Assembly (NCBI GenBank): GCA_003247575.1 | Contig: QJZC01000045.1 | Coordinates: forward strand, 8,297-72,296 | Source: Pseudomonadota bacterium | Lineage (GTDB): Bacteria; Myxococcota_A; UBA9160; SZUA-336 | Direction of reading: 5' to 3' | Length of the DNA stretch: 64,000 nucleotides | Shown here: positions 28,598-38,879 of the stretch, piece by piece | How the letters are laid out: each line of letters opens with the position of its first letter | Numbering within the stretch: position 1 is the first letter of the stretch | Notes under the pieces: model-generated | What the model was told of the DNA's origin: nothing | The model's database searches: none | The model's input: the letters and a program-made list of their open reading frames with translations, nothing else | Made by a program: the position numbers and the translations under genes

Positions 28598-28655
28598 ATC
28601 CGAACTAACCAGGACATATCCGAACTAACCAGGCAGGACATCCGCACTGACCAGG
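28598..28655. repeat. Three direct copies of a 16-mer with 20- and 22-bp periodicity
   Basis: ATCCGAACTAACCAGG occurs at 28598-28613 and 28618-28633, and ATCCGCACTGACCAGG at 28640-28655. A weaker TGACCAGAC relative lies near 28696. The repeats sit about 350 bp upstream of rpsU in a 0.7-kb non-coding gap. Confidence 0.6.
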
Positions 28656-28994
28656 ACCCGCACCTGCCATGAGACCGAGACGACCCGACCGCTAAGTGAC
28701 CAGACCGCGCGAATCGACGAGGCCGGGACCGAGGTGACGTCGGTCGCATCACATCAGAGCCTGGCTACAAGCGCACGGCTCAGCCGGCTCCAGGCTGGGC
28801 ACGAACCCGATACTCACTCCATGGATGCCGCCAGAAATCCTGGAAGAGAAGATTACACGCCTGAAACACCAGCAAAAACAAGCACTTGAGCCTGAACGGC
28901 GCAAAGCGCAATGTACCGCAACAAATTGTTGTCCGCAATACACGCGTCACACAAGAATGGCACTCTGGGGGAAGCGGGCGTCATGTGTCGCCAC

Positions 28995-29798
28995 TCACGG
29001 ATTCGCGACGGGGGCGGCTGGAGCCGCCGGACGCACCGTGACGCCGCGGCTCGCCAGGTACCTGCGCGCGTCAGAAAGGCTGAATTCGCCGAAGTGGAAG
29101 ATACTTGCAGCTAGAACTGCAGACGCACAGCCTCCGGACTCCCGCTCGGACAACGCTTCGGCCAAGTGCTCCAACGTTCCGGCGCCCCCCGACGCGATGA
29201 CGGGTATACGGACGGCGCGGCTGACCGCACGCGTGAGCTCGAGGTCGTAGCCCTGTTTGGTGCCATCGCAATCCATGCTGGTGAGCAGGATCTCGCCCGC
29301 CCCCAGAGCCTCGACGCGACGGGCCCACTCCAGGACATCGAGCCGGGCGGAACGGCGGCCCCCATGTGTAAAAACTTCCCACCCATCCCCGGAGCTGCTT
29401 CGTTTCGCGTCGATGGCCACGATCAGATTCGCAGATCCGAGGCGCTCCGCGACTTCGGAGATCAGCTGCGGATCGGCGACCGCGGCACTGTTGATCGAGA
29501 CCTTGTCCGCACCCGCGTTCAGAAGTGAACGCACGTCGGCGAGAGATCTCACTCCGCCACCAACGGAGAACGGAATCATGATGCGGTCTGCTACTCGGGA
29601 CACGAGGTCGAGCAGGGTGCCCCGCTCCTCGTGTGAAGCATTGATGTCCAGAAAGCAGAGCTCATCGGCGCCCTGAGCATCGTAGACGGCAGCGACCTCG
29701 ACTGGATCTCCCGCGTCGCGCAGCTCGAGAAAGCGAATCCCTTTGACGACACGTCCGTCGCGAACGTCGAGGCATGGAATGATGCGCTTGGCCAGCAA
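28995..29798 (-). CDS. hisF: Imidazole glycerol phosphate synthase, cyclase subunit HisF
   Basis: Homology starts at (M)[22 protein letters not shown]...[11 protein letters not shown]...ASGGAG. The TTG at 29798 has GGAGGG 6 nt upstream and lies 1 nt after the upstream stop. The track ORF from 30128 is an over-extension. Confidence 0.93.
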   Translation of the reverse strand: MLAKRIIPCLDVRDGRVVKGIRFLELRDAGDPVEVAAVYDAQGADELCFLDINASHEERGTLLDLVSRVADRIMIPFSVGGGVRSLADVRSLLNAGADKVSINSAAVADPQLISEVAERLGSANLIVAIDAKRSSSGDGWEVFTHGGRRSARLDVLEWARRVEALGAGEILLTSMDCDGTKQGYDLELTRAVSRAVRIPVIASGGAGTLEHLAEALSERESGGCASAVLAASIFHFGEFSLSDARRYLASRGVTVRPAAPAAPVANP

Positions 29799-29799
29799 A

Positions 29800-30486
29800 T
29801 CAACCCTCCAGAGCGGGTGCAGTCTCCCCGCTCGCAGACCGCCGCAGCTCCTCGATCTTCTGCCGCAAGTCGCGCACGAGCTCGCTAGCGCCGTAGCTCG
29901 CGAGCTGCTCGGGAGCCACCCAGCGGAAGCCACGGTCGTACGCGCGGCCGAACCCCGCAAGATCCTCGATGAAGCCACGCTGACGCTCGGCATAGCTGCC
30001 GCGCCACAAGCGGCTCCCATCGGCCGACTGTAGCTCGAGATCGAAGGCGACCCACGCGGGGCCCTGCGCCATTCCGTCCGGACGGACGCGGCCTTCGAAG
30101 CGTCGTACGGAACCAACCAGGAAGGCATCCGCTCCGAAAGCGCGCGCGATATCGGAGCGTTCGCTGCCGGGCTGGTGATCGAGCAGGACGCGCACGTCCA
30201 CGGGCGAAATCAGATCGAATACCCGATCCGCATCGAGCCGAGAGAACACCCGCGCCGCAACGAGCTCGATCGCCACGTCAGAGACTCCAGCGCCCTGCGC
30301 CCGAAACGGCATCACCACGACCCTGCGCGCATTCCCATGCCCCTCATCGAGCCGAGAGTCGACATTGATCGGAACCACGCAGGCAGCCAGCGACACTGCG
30401 AGCACGCCGAGCAGCAAGCCGTGAGCCAGCCGCTGGCCGGATCGACGCCCCCCGAAGACCCGGGAATCGAGCGCCTGCGGATCCAT
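29800..30486 (-). CDS. Lipoprotein (TolB-N/LpoB/DUF799-like pattern) embedded in the his operon
   Basis: The ATG at 30486 lies 26 nt after the hisH stop. The signal and lipobox are [13 protein letters not shown]. It also has [17 protein letters not shown]...[16 protein letters not shown]. Its stop is 1 nt before the hisF TTG. Confidence 0.6.
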   Translation of the reverse strand: MDPQALDSRVFGGRRSGQRLAHGLLLGVLAVSLAACVVPINVDSRLDEGHGNARRVVVMPFRAQGAGVSDVAIELVAARVFSRLDADRVFDLISPVDVRVLLDHQPGSERSDIARAFGADAFLVGSVRRFEGRVRPDGMAQGPAWVAFDLELQSADGSRLWRGSYAERQRGFIEDLAGFGRAYDRGFRWVAPEQLASYGASELVRDLRQKIEELRRSASGETAPALEG

Positions 30487-30512
30487 TGCGACGCCCGAGC
30501 CAGACTCTCGCC

Positions 30513-31121
30513 TCACGGATTCCATGCGAGAAAGCGCTCCAGTAACGCGAGCCCCTCGAACTGGCTCTTCTCCGGATGAAACTGCACCGCAACGCAAGCC
30601 CCAGTGCCGACGGCTGCCGGAAAGATCTCGCCATACTCGGTCGTCGCGAGCACGAATGGCTCTGGCACATCCTCGGCGCGGTAGGCGTGCAGAAAGTAGA
30701 AGTAGCCGTCTCGCAGCACAGGATGCGGGCGAACCGTACGAACCAGATTCCAACCCATGTGCGGAACGGCGAGTTCGATCGAATCCGGGAATCTGGCGAC
30801 TCGACCCGGTACGACGCCGACCCCCATCTCGAGCCTTCCCTCGTTCGAACTCTCCAGCAGCGCCTGCATGCCGACACAGATCGCCAGGGTCGGCAGTCCC
30901 GCGGAGATGCGCGCGCGCAAGGCCTGGTCGAGTCCGCGAGCGCGCAAGGTCGGGAGCGCATCGCCGCAGGCCCCCACGCCAGGAAACACGATCCGTTCGG
31001 CTGCCGCGATCTCGTCCGGAGACACCGACACCCGAGGCTTCGCTCCAGCGCGCTCGAGTGCGCGCGCAACGCTGCGCAGATTGCCCATGCCGAAGTCGAG
31101 AATCAGCACCTCGGGGTTCAT
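30513..31121 (-). CDS. hisH: Imidazole glycerol phosphate synthase, glutaminase subunit HisH
   Basis: MNPEVLILDFGMGNLRSVARALERAG, PGVGACG, LAICVGMQAL and QFHPEKS are present. The ATG at 31121 follows directly after the hisB stop. Confidence 0.93.
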   Translation of the reverse strand: MNPEVLILDFGMGNLRSVARALERAGAKPRVSVSPDEIAAAERIVFPGVGACGDALPTLRARGLDQALRARISAGLPTLAICVGMQALLESSNEGRLEMGVGVVPGRVARFPDSIELAVPHMGWNLVRTVRPHPVLRDGYFYFLHAYRAEDVPEPFVLATTEYGEIFPAAVGTGACVAVQFHPEKSQFEGLALLERFLAWNP

Positions 31122-31732
31122 AGCGAACCCTTCGTAGACAGCGGCCCCTCGATGCGCGGATCTAGGCTCACCGCCACGCGCAGTGCGCGCCCGAGCGCCT
31201 TGAAGATACCTTCGACGACGTGGTGCACGTTGTGGCCATAGAGGCGCTCCACGTGGAGATCGATGCCCCCGTTCGAAGCGAACGCATACAGAAAGTCTTC
31301 GATCAAGGCCGCATCGAAGCGTCCGACCCACTCGCGCGGCAGCTCCACCCGATAGACGAAGAACGGACGGTTCGAGAGATCCAGATCGACTTGCAGCAAT
31401 GCATCGGCCATCGGCACGCGCGCCGAGCCAAAGCGAGAGATCCCGGCAGCGTCTCCGATCGCCTGCCGCAGCGCCTGACCGAGCACGATCCCCACATCCT
31501 CGACCGTGTGGTGCTGATCGACCTCCAGGTCACCCCGCGCCTTGAGGTCGAGGTCGAGGAGGCCGTGCCGCCCGAAGGCATGCAGCAGGTGATCGAAGAA
31601 CGGCATCCCCGTCTCGATCTCGACCGCACCGGCCCCGTCGAGCGCGAGCCGAGCCGTAATGTCGGTCTCGCGCGTGCGACGTGCGACTCTCCCGACTCTG
31701 CTCGTACCGGGGGTCGCGGCTGGCTGACTCAT
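31118..31732 (-). CDS. hisB: Imidazoleglycerol-phosphate dehydratase (monofunctional HisB)
   Basis: RRTRETDITARLALDG, FFDHLLHAFGRHG, DQHHTVEDVGIVLGQAL and NVHHVVEGIFKALGRAL are present. I chose the ATG at 31732 (MSQPAATPG). Confidence 0.92.
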   Translation of the reverse strand: MSQPAATPGTSRVGRVARRTRETDITARLALDGAGAVEIETGMPFFDHLLHAFGRHGLLDLDLKARGDLEVDQHHTVEDVGIVLGQALRQAIGDAAGISRFGSARVPMADALLQVDLDLSNRPFFVYRVELPREWVGRFDAALIEDFLYAFASNGGIDLHVERLYGHNVHHVVEGIFKALGRALRVAVSLDPRIEGPLSTKGSL

Positions 31733-31917
31733 CGGATCTCCTCGTCTGTGGGCACGGCGCCCGCGAACGCGTCCACTGCTGGGTGCCCCATCTGAAGGCT
31801 CGCCCCCAGGTGGAGACTCGCCGCCGGCTAGGCGCGCCGCAGGCGCTCTCGTCCCCACGTCGAAGCGGAGCCTGCCCTAGCAGCGCAACAGCCCACATAG
31901 TCTGAATTAGTTTTACG

Positions 31918-33234
31918 CTACTCGTCCAGCCGCACCCGCAGCGAACGTGCATGTCCCTCGAGCCCCTCGAGCTCCGCCAGCCGCGCACCGTGGGGACCTA
32001 CGCGCGTCAGCGTCTCACGGGAGAGCTCGATCCAGCTCATCCGTTTCAGGAAGTCCTCGACGCCTACGACCGAGAAGAAGCGGGCGGTTCGCCCCGTAGG
32101 CAGCACATGGCTAGGCCCGGCGACGTAGTCGCCCGCGGGAACGCTGGAGAGGTTGCCGGCGAAGACTGCACCCGCATGCTCGATGCGGGCCAGCCACTGC
32201 TCTGGCTGTGCCGTCATGAGCTGCAAGTGCTCCGCCGCATAGCGATTGGCCAGCTCGACCGCTTCGTCCAGATCGCGCGTCCGGATCAGAGCGCTCCGTC
32301 CGCGCAGAGCTTCTCGCGCGATCGCTTGCCTCGGCAGGTCCGCGAGCCCCTTCTCGAGGCTTCCGCACACCTGCTCCAACAGCTCTTCCGAGGGCGTGGC
32401 GAGGACGACGCTCGAACGCGGGTCGTGCTCGGCTTGAGCCAGCAGATCCGCCACGACCCAGTCAGCCGGAGCGGCTGAATCCGCCACGATCATGACCTCA
32501 CTGGGCCCCGCCTCGGCGTCGATCCCGACCTGCCCGAACACGCGCCGTTTGGCTGTCTGGACCCAGTCGTTCCCGGGACCGAGGATCTTGTCCACTCGCG
32601 GCACACTCGCAGTTCCGAAGGCCAAAGCACCCACAGCGTGCGCCCCTCCTGCTCGGAGGATGCGAGCGACTCCCGCCAGACGAGCAGCTTCCAGCACAGC
32701 GGGGTGCGGGCGCGCACCGGGTGATGCGACCACGACCTCTCGCACCCCTGCGACGCGCGCCGGAACTGCGAGCATGAGCAAGGTGGACGCAAGCGGCGCC
32801 GAGCCTGCAGGTACGTACAGGCCGACCCGCTCCAGCGGACGCACCAGCTGCCCGAGGCGACCGCCAGAGTCATCGAGCTGCCAGCTCTCGGGGACGCGTT
32901 GCGCATGGAAGCGGTGGATCCGCTCCGCTGCGATCCGAAGCGCCTCTCGCTCGTCCTCCCCCAGACCATTCGGGTCGTCGCGCTGCGATTCAGCCAGAGC
33001 TGCCTCGACGTCGAGCCAGAGCTCATCACTTCGAAGCGCGTACCCGTCGAAGCGCTCGATGGCCTCGAGCAGACCAGCATCTCCTCGCGTCCGGATGCTG
33101 TCGAGGATCTGGTCTACTGCCTCCTCGAGAGCGGCTCGGGAGTCTTCCCGTCGCTCCTCGAGCGCAGCAAACTCTCTCTCGAAGTCTGCTGCGCGCGTAT
33201 CCAGGCAGCGGATCAAGGACTCGAATGGGGTCAT
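31918..33234 (-). CDS. hisD: Histidinol dehydrogenase
   Basis: Length and motifs fit (AGPSEVMIVAD, LLAQAEHDPRS, GDYVAGPSHVLPT). Its start overlaps the prmC stop. Confidence 0.95.
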   Translation of the reverse strand: MTPFESLIRCLDTRAADFEREFAALEERREDSRAALEEAVDQILDSIRTRGDAGLLEAIERFDGYALRSDELWLDVEAALAESQRDDPNGLGEDEREALRIAAERIHRFHAQRVPESWQLDDSGGRLGQLVRPLERVGLYVPAGSAPLASTLLMLAVPARVAGVREVVVASPGARPHPAVLEAARLAGVARILRAGGAHAVGALAFGTASVPRVDKILGPGNDWVQTAKRRVFGQVGIDAEAGPSEVMIVADSAAPADWVVADLLAQAEHDPRSSVVLATPSEELLEQVCGSLEKGLADLPRQAIAREALRGRSALIRTRDLDEAVELANRYAAEHLQLMTAQPEQWLARIEHAGAVFAGNLSSVPAGDYVAGPSHVLPTGRTARFFSVVGVEDFLKRMSWIELSRETLTRVGPHGARLAELEGLEGHARSLRVRLDE

Positions 33235-34097
33235 CGGCCCGAACCTCCCTCGAAGCAGATGGCGACGACTCTCTCGATCCCCGCCAAGTCTCGGTGTACG
33301 TCAACCGCCGCCCCGTGTTCCCGAGCTGCTGCCGCGACCACGCCGGCTTGTCCGGCTCCAATCTCGACGAGCAACTTGCCTCCCGGCTCAAGACAATCCG
33401 GCGCCTGCGCCAGCAACGCCCGGATCACGACCAGCCCATCGGGACCACCATCGAGCGCGAGGCGCGGCTCGTGCGCAAGTTCCGGCTCGAGCCCCGCGAG
33501 GTCCGCAGTCGCGATGTAGGGCGGGTTCGATACGATAACGTCGAAGCGGTGTCGCACGCAGCCTAGTCCGTCCGCGCATACCCGGCGTACGCGATCGAAC
33601 AGCCCGTGACGCTCCAGGTTCTTGCCTGCGACCTCTAGCGCGTCCCTGGAACGGTCGAGCGCCAGGCCGAACTCGACCCCTCCGTCGAGCATCACCGCCG
33701 CAATCACGTTGCCGGAGCCAGTGCCGAAATCGAGCACCTTCCCCGGCTTCTCCCGCAGTGCCAGCTCGACCAGCAGCTCCGTCTCCGGCCGAGGCACCAG
33801 CACATCGGCAGTCACGTAGAAGCTGCGCGACCAGAACTCACGCTCGCCCACCAGCAGCGCTACGGGGACTCGTTCCCGCGCTCGGCGCTGGACCAGATCG
33901 CGATAGATGCTTCGCTCGTCCGGCTCGACGGGCCGTTCGAACTGCAGGTAGAGGTCCAATCGGCGGCAGCCCAGCGCGTGCGCCAGTAGGACTTCGGCAT
34001 CGAGTCGCGGCGAGGCGATCCCCGCCTTCGCGAAGTAGTCCGTGGTCCACTTCACGAGCGCGAGCGGCGTCCAGAGCGCCTCGCTCGCTCCACTCAT
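33231..34097 (-). CDS. prmC: Release-factor glutamine N5-methyltransferase PrmC/HemK
   Basis: It has the SAM motif VLDFGTGSGNV and the catalytic IVSNPPYI. It overlaps the prfA stop. Confidence 0.9.
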   Translation of the reverse strand: MSGASEALWTPLALVKWTTDYFAKAGIASPRLDAEVLLAHALGCRRLDLYLQFERPVEPDERSIYRDLVQRRARERVPVALLVGEREFWSRSFYVTADVLVPRPETELLVELALREKPGKVLDFGTGSGNVIAAVMLDGGVEFGLALDRSRDALEVAGKNLERHGLFDRVRRVCADGLGCVRHRFDVIVSNPPYIATADLAGLEPELAHEPRLALDGGPDGLVVIRALLAQAPDCLEPGGKLLVEIGAGQAGVVAAAAREHGAAVDVHRDLAGIERVVAICFEGGSGR

Positions 34098-35164
34098 GCG
34101 CTCGGCTCCCCCAGGGCCTCCGCCTGAAAGGCGACCGTGAGGTGCTCGATCAGCTCGTCGAGGTCGCCTTCCATGACCGCCTCGAGTCGGTGCAGATTGA
34201 GGCCGATACGATGGTCGCTCAGACGGTTCTGAGGAAAGTTGTAGGTGCGGATCCGCTCGCTGCGGTCACCCATGCCAATCTGCCCGCGACGCGCATCGGC
34301 GCGCTCGGAAGCTTGGCGCGCGAGCTCCTGATCGAACAGCCGCGAGCGCAGGATACGAAGGGCCTTTGCACGGTTCTTGTGCTGCGACTTCTCGTCCTGA
34401 CAGCTGACGACCAGGCCGGTCGGGAGATGCGTGATGCGGACGGCAGAATCCGTGGTGTTGACGCTCTGTCCGCCAGGTCCAGAGCTGCGGAACACGTCGA
34501 TGCGCAGATCGCGGTCCTCGTCGATCTTCACATCGACGTCCTCCGCCTCGGGCAGCACGGCGACAGTGACCGTCGACGTGTGGATACGCCCCTGCGACTC
34601 GGTGCTGGGCACGCGCTGGACTCGGTGCACGCCACTCTCGTGCTTCAGATAGCGGTAGACTTCGCGGCCCGAGATCACCGCAATGACCTCCTTGAAGCCT
34701 CCCCCATCGGTCTCCGAGAGCGAGAGCAGGTCGATTCGCCAACCCTTGTCCTCCGCAAAGCGCGAGTACATGCGGAACAGATCCGCTGCGAACAGCGCCG
34801 CCTCGTCGCCACCGGCCCCGGCTCGAATCTCGAGCACGATGTTCTTGCCATCATTCGGATCCCGGGGCACGAGCAGACGCTTGAGCTCCGCCTCCTTGCG
34901 GTCGATCTCCCCACGCAGTCCAGCCTGCTCCTCGCGGGCCAGCTGTCGGATCTCGGGATCGGAGTCGCTCAGCAGCTCCTGACCCTGCTCGAAGCTCTCT
35001 CGCAGCTGCTTCCAGGCCTCGTAGCACTCCACCGTCTCGCGCAGCGACGCCAGCTCCTGGGCAGCTTCACGTAGCTTGGCAGGCTGTGAGACGAGGTCCG
35101 GACGCCCTAGCTGCTCCTGAAGCTCTGCGTAACGCCTAGCGACCTCTTCCAGCCGATCGAACAT
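34094..35164 (-). CDS. prfA: Peptide chain release factor 1
   Basis: The GGQ motif is in SGPGGQSVNTTDSAVRITHLPTG and the PxT-type recognition loop region (RVQRVPSTESQGRIHTS) is present. There is no frameshift site, as expected for RF1. Confidence 0.97.
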   Translation of the reverse strand: MFDRLEEVARRYAELQEQLGRPDLVSQPAKLREAAQELASLRETVECYEAWKQLRESFEQGQELLSDSDPEIRQLAREEQAGLRGEIDRKEAELKRLLVPRDPNDGKNIVLEIRAGAGGDEAALFAADLFRMYSRFAEDKGWRIDLLSLSETDGGGFKEVIAVISGREVYRYLKHESGVHRVQRVPSTESQGRIHTSTVTVAVLPEAEDVDVKIDEDRDLRIDVFRSSGPGGQSVNTTDSAVRITHLPTGLVVSCQDEKSQHKNRAKALRILRSRLFDQELARQASERADARRGQIGMGDRSERIRTYNFPQNRLSDHRIGLNLHRLEAVMEGDLDELIEHLTVAFQAEALGEPSA

Positions 35165-35288
35165 ACAAGCCTCCCGATTCGCGCCAACGCACGATGAGGC
35201 TCGAGCTCACCGGTTGGCGCGCTCCAGAACCTCTACTGGAAGGAGTGAGAAAACGGCGCGAAGGCGGTCGCCAGGCGCACGGACCGGC

Positions 35289-35495
35289 TCACTTCGCGGT
35301 CTTGGCGTACCGTCGCCGGAAGCGTTCGACCTTGCCGGCAGAGTCCACGATCTTCTGCTTCCCGGTGTAGAACGGGTGGCAGCTGGAGCAGATCTCGACT
35401 CGGATCTCTGGCAGGACGGAGCGAGTCTCGAACTCGGACCCGCAGGCGCAACGAATGGTCGAAACGACGTATTCTGGATGGATATCCGGCTTCAT
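35289..35495 (-). CDS. rpmE: 50S ribosomal protein L31 (Zn-ribbon type A)
   Basis: [26 protein letters not shown]...[13 protein letters not shown] is the canonical pattern. Confidence 0.95.
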   Translation of the reverse strand: MKPDIHPEYVVSTIRCACGSEFETRSVLPEIRVEICSSCHPFYTGKQKIVDSAGKVERFRRRYAKTAK

Positions 35496-35548
35496 GGGGG
35501 CGGTACCCTAGCTCACCCCAATTTCAGAAACAAGAGCAGGTTGCCGCA

Positions 35549-36805
35549 CTACTGGTTCATCGACGCCAGGAACTCTTCGTTGCTTTCGGTCCCCCGGAGC
35601 TTGTCCAGCAGGAACTCCATGCAGTCGACGGTGTTCAGGGGAGACAACACCTTCCGCAGGACCCACATCTTATTCACCGTTTCTTCGCTCAAGAGCAGCT
35701 CCTCTCGCCGCGTCGAGCTGCGGTTCAGATCGATCGCGGGGAAGGTGCGACGATCGGCGAGCTTCCGGTCCAGATGCAGCTCGCAATTGCCGGTTCCCTT
35801 GAACTCCTCGTAGATCACCTCGTCCATCCGCGAGCCCGTATCGACGAGGGCCGTGCCCACGATGGTCAGGCTGCCGCCCTCCTCGATGTTGCGCGCAGCA
35901 CCGAAGAAGCGCTTCGGCTTGTGCAGCGCGTTCGCGTCGACACCGCCCGACAGAATCTTGCCCGAGTGCGGAACGACGGTATTGTAGGCGCGCGCCAGAC
36001 GCGTGATCGAATCCAACAGGATCACGACATCGCGCCGATGCTCCACCAGGCGGCGCGCCTTCTCGATCACCATCTCGGCCACTTGCACGTGGCGCTGCGC
36101 GGGCTCGTCGAAGGTAGACGAGACGACCTCGGCATTCACGTTGCGCTCGAAGTCGGTCACCTCCTCGGGGCGCTCATCGATCAGCAACACGATCACGTAG
36201 GCTTCTGGGCTCGATTCGCTGATCGCGTTGGCGATGTCTTGCAGGATCATGGTCTTTCCAGCCTTCGGAGGCGAGACGACCAACGCCCGTTGTCCCTTTC
36301 CGATCGGCGAGATGAGATCGATGATGCGCGTCGTCAGCTTCCCTTTCGCCCCCCCGAGCTGAAAGCGCTCCATCGGGTAGAGCGGCGTCAACGAGTCGAA
36401 CTGAATCTTCTTCTTGGCAACGTCGGGACGTTCGAAATTGACACGGGTCACCTTGAGCAGGGCAAAATAGCGCTCGCCTTCCTTGGGCGGACGGATCTCT
36501 CCCTCGACGGTGTCGCCGGTGCGCAGATTGAAACGCCGAATCTGCGAGGGTGAGACGTAGATGTCGTCAGGACCGGGCATGTAGCTGGAGTCCGCCGAGC
36601 GCATGAATCCGTAGCCATCCGGCATACGCTCCAGTACACCTTCACCATAGATGTCGCGATCGCTCTGCGTCTCGGCTTGGAGGATCGCGAAGAGCAACTC
36701 CTGCTTGGACATTCCTCCGATCGACCCGACACCGGAGTCACTCGCAATCTCTGCGAGCTCACGCGCGGACTTCTTCTTCAGCTCGGACAAGTTCATCTGG
36801 GTCAT
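35549..36805 (-). CDS. rho: Transcription termination factor Rho
   Basis: [21 protein letters not shown], the RNA-binding region GFMRS...[18 protein letters not shown], Walker A SPPKAGKT and the conserved C-terminus are present. I chose the ATG at 36805 (AGGAA 7 nt upstream). The track start at 36961 adds 52 non-homologous residues. Confidence 0.93.
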   Translation of the reverse strand: MTQMNLSELKKKSARELAEIASDSGVGSIGGMSKQELLFAILQAETQSDRDIYGEGVLERMPDGYGFMRSADSSYMPGPDDIYVSPSQIRRFNLRTGDTVEGEIRPPKEGERYFALLKVTRVNFERPDVAKKKIQFDSLTPLYPMERFQLGGAKGKLTTRIIDLISPIGKGQRALVVSPPKAGKTMILQDIANAISESSPEAYVIVLLIDERPEEVTDFERNVNAEVVSSTFDEPAQRHVQVAEMVIEKARRLVEHRRDVVILLDSITRLARAYNTVVPHSGKILSGGVDANALHKPKRFFGAARNIEEGGSLTIVGTALVDTGSRMDEVIYEEFKGTGNCELHLDRKLADRRTFPAIDLNRSSTRREELLLSEETVNKMWVLRKVLSPLNTVDCMEFLLDKLRGTESNEEFLASMNQ

Positions 36806-37287
36806 TCGAGTTTCCTGAGGCGCGTCTTCGACGCGCTGCTGCGGACTGGATTTCATTTGTAGATCGCGGAGGTGGGGTAGTGACGACGACGAACGCTGCG
36901 CACGTCGCAGAGCCAAGCTCTCGGACTCGATTCCTTCTTTTTTCGCGCTATTGCTGTCCAATCTGACGTATCTGTCAAATGCGTTTGTCGTGGGAACGAA
37001 GCGCCCTGCGCTCTCTCATCGGCTGCACGGACACCGACATCAACGAAGAGCGTGCGCGAATCATACGGGCTTGCGGCGACTGCGCATATACGCGTAGAGA
37101 TGCTCTTGCATCCGCATCCGAGATGGCTTGTCTCTATTAACGGACAGTGTGTGTGAAGGATCAGATGCAGGCAGCGCCCACACAGGTAAAGCCTACGCCA
37201 ACGCTTCTCAGTGTCAAGCCTATGTTTCAACTGAGTCTACGGGACGCCACCAATGCGCCCAGAAGACGACCAGCCGATCACGAGCGG
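36806..37287 (-). promoter_or_regulatory. Long rho leader and promoter region, lower GC than the flanks
   Basis: About 480 nt lie between the pgeF stop and the preferred rho start with no protein-like ORF. Rho genes commonly carry long autoregulated leaders. The structure was not determined. Confidence 0.35.
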
Positions 37288-37935
37288 TTAGTTAGGCACT
37301 CGAATGTAGTGCAACATGCGTCCACCAGCTCCATCTCGGCGATAGCTGAGGAAGTTTGGGTTACAGCGCGTACATTCTTCCACACGCAAGATCGAGGCTT
37401 CCGGCACCCCCGCTGAAACGAGCTGACGCAGATTCAGCGCACACAGATCCAACATGGCGCGACCGGCGCGCGGAGACGGCGCGAGCGCGTCGAGGTCGGA
37501 TACCGCGTCGATCACCGGAGCATCGACTTCGTAGCAGCACGGACCGATATGTGGACCGATCGCGGCCACCAGATCGGCGGGACTCACGTCGCCTTGCTGG
37601 CAAAGCGAGGCCACGGATCGCTGCGCGATTTCCGCCACACTTCCGCGCCAGCCGGCATGAATCGCGGCGGCGAGACGCCCGCTTCGGTGCGCCAGCAGGA
37701 TCGGGACACAGTCCGCGGTGTAGACCGCTATGGCCCGACCCGGCTGCGAGGTCCAAAGCGCGTCCGCTCGCACATCACCCGTTTCGAGCGGGACTCGCAC
37801 CATATTCGTGCCATGAACCTGACGCACCAAGGTCAGTTCCGGCAACGGGTAGCGTATGGAATCACGCGTGCCGAAGCCGTGTGGATACCCGAGCGCCGCG
37901 AGCTCGTTGCACGTAATGAACCCCTCGAAGTTCAC
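37288..37935 (-). CDS. pgeF: Peptidoglycan editing factor PgeF (YfiH/DUF152, laccase-domain protein)
   Basis: HGFGTRDS, VRQVHGTNMV, TADCVPILLA, AAIHAGWRG and IGPCCYEV are present. The GTG at 37935 overlaps the rluD stop as GTGA; the track start at 37998 would overlap rluD by 67 nt. Confidence 0.85.
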   Translation of the reverse strand: MNFEGFITCNELAALGYPHGFGTRDSIRYPLPELTLVRQVHGTNMVRVPLETGDVRADALWTSQPGRAIAVYTADCVPILLAHRSGRLAAAIHAGWRGSVAEIAQRSVASLCQQGDVSPADLVAAIGPHIGPCCYEVDAPVIDAVSDLDALAPSPRAGRAMLDLCALNLRQLVSAGVPEASILRVEECTRCNPNFLSYRRDGAGGRMLHYIRVPN

Positions 37936-38879
37936 GTACGGAGTCGCTCCCAGGCGGCAGCCAGATCTTCCGGCAGTGCCGCTTCGGAGAGGATCCATTT
38001 CTGCGTCACCGGATGGCAGAAGCCCAGCTTCGCTGCATGCAATGCCTGTCTCACGAGCCCCAGGGAGTCTCTCCGCCCACCTCCGTACACGGGGTCTCCA
38101 ACGATCGGAAGCCCGATCGACGCGAGATGAACGCGAATCTGATGCGTTCGCCCTGTCTGAGGACGTACCGCGACAAGACAGTGGCGGGCCGTACGCTCAC
38201 GCACCCGCCAGGCAGTCCGTGCCTGGCGCGTCCTCCCCCGCGAGCGGGTCGAGAAGCGCTTTCCATCCTGCGGATGCCGGCCGATCGGCGCATCGATCCA
38301 GCCTTCGGAGGCGGCCGGAGAACCCCGCACGATCGCCAGGTATTCACGTTCCACGCTGTGATCGTGAAACTGCTGGGCCAGACCGTGGTGGACGACATCG
38401 CTCTTCGCCGACACCAGCAGGCCGGAGGTCCCTTTGTCGAGCCGGTGCACGATTCCTGGGCGTAGCACACCCCCAACACTGGAAAGCGTAGAACAATGCG
38501 CCAGGAGTGCATGCACCAGAGTACCGGTGGAGTTTCCTGGTGCCGGGTGAACGACCATCCCTGCCGGCTTGTCGACGACGATGAGATGTGAATCCTCGAA
38601 ATGGACGTCCAGGGCGATCGCCTCGGGCTCGAGCGAGGTCTCCGATTGCGCCCGCGGCAGCTCAGCGTGAACCTCCTGCCCGAGACGCAGTCGCTGCGAG
38701 GCCTTGGCAGTGGCACCCTGGACCAGGACGCAGCCGGCATCGAGCCAACGGCGCGCCTGCGCGCGGGATACCCCTACACACTCCGCCACCGCGGCGTCTA
38801 CGCGCCACCCCTCGAGCTCGGCCCCGACTGCAAAGCGAAGCTGGGTCGGACTCTCCTCGATGTTCGCAGCCACACTCAC
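37932..38879 (-). CDS. rluD: 23S rRNA pseudouridine synthase RluD family
   Basis: It has an S4-like N-terminus (RVDAAVAECVGVSRAQARRWLDAG), the catalytic HRLDKGTSGLLV and GRTHQIRVH. Its GTG start overlaps the upstream stop as GTGA. Confidence 0.9.
   Translation of the reverse strand: MSVAANIEESPTQLRFAVGAELEGWRVDAAVAECVGVSRAQARRWLDAGCVLVQGATAKASQRLRLGQEVHAELPRAQSETSLEPEAIALDVHFEDSHLIVVDKPAGMVVHPAPGNSTGTLVHALLAHCSTLSSVGGVLRPGIVHRLDKGTSGLLVSAKSDVVHHGLAQQFHDHSVEREYLAIVRGSPAASEGWIDAPIGRHPQDGKRFSTRSRGRTRQARTAWRVRERTARHCLVAVRPQTGRTHQIRVHLASIGLPIVGDPVYGGGRRDSLGLVRQALHAAKLGFCHPVTQKWILSEAALPEDLAAAWERLRT

Noticed and set aside
28598-28655. Possible CRISPR array, suggested by regularly spaced repeats.
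   Set aside because: There are only three 16-nt copies, separated by 4-6 nt. Nothing spacer-sized separates them and there are no cas genes. They are better described as tandem binding-site-like repeats.
29800-30512. Hidden or frameshifted hisA between hisH and hisF.
   Set aside because: No frame shows the HisA/HisF-type IIPAIDL...G..VRL or GG.. motifs. The only coherent frame encodes a signal peptide with a lipobox and a non-TIM-barrel pattern.
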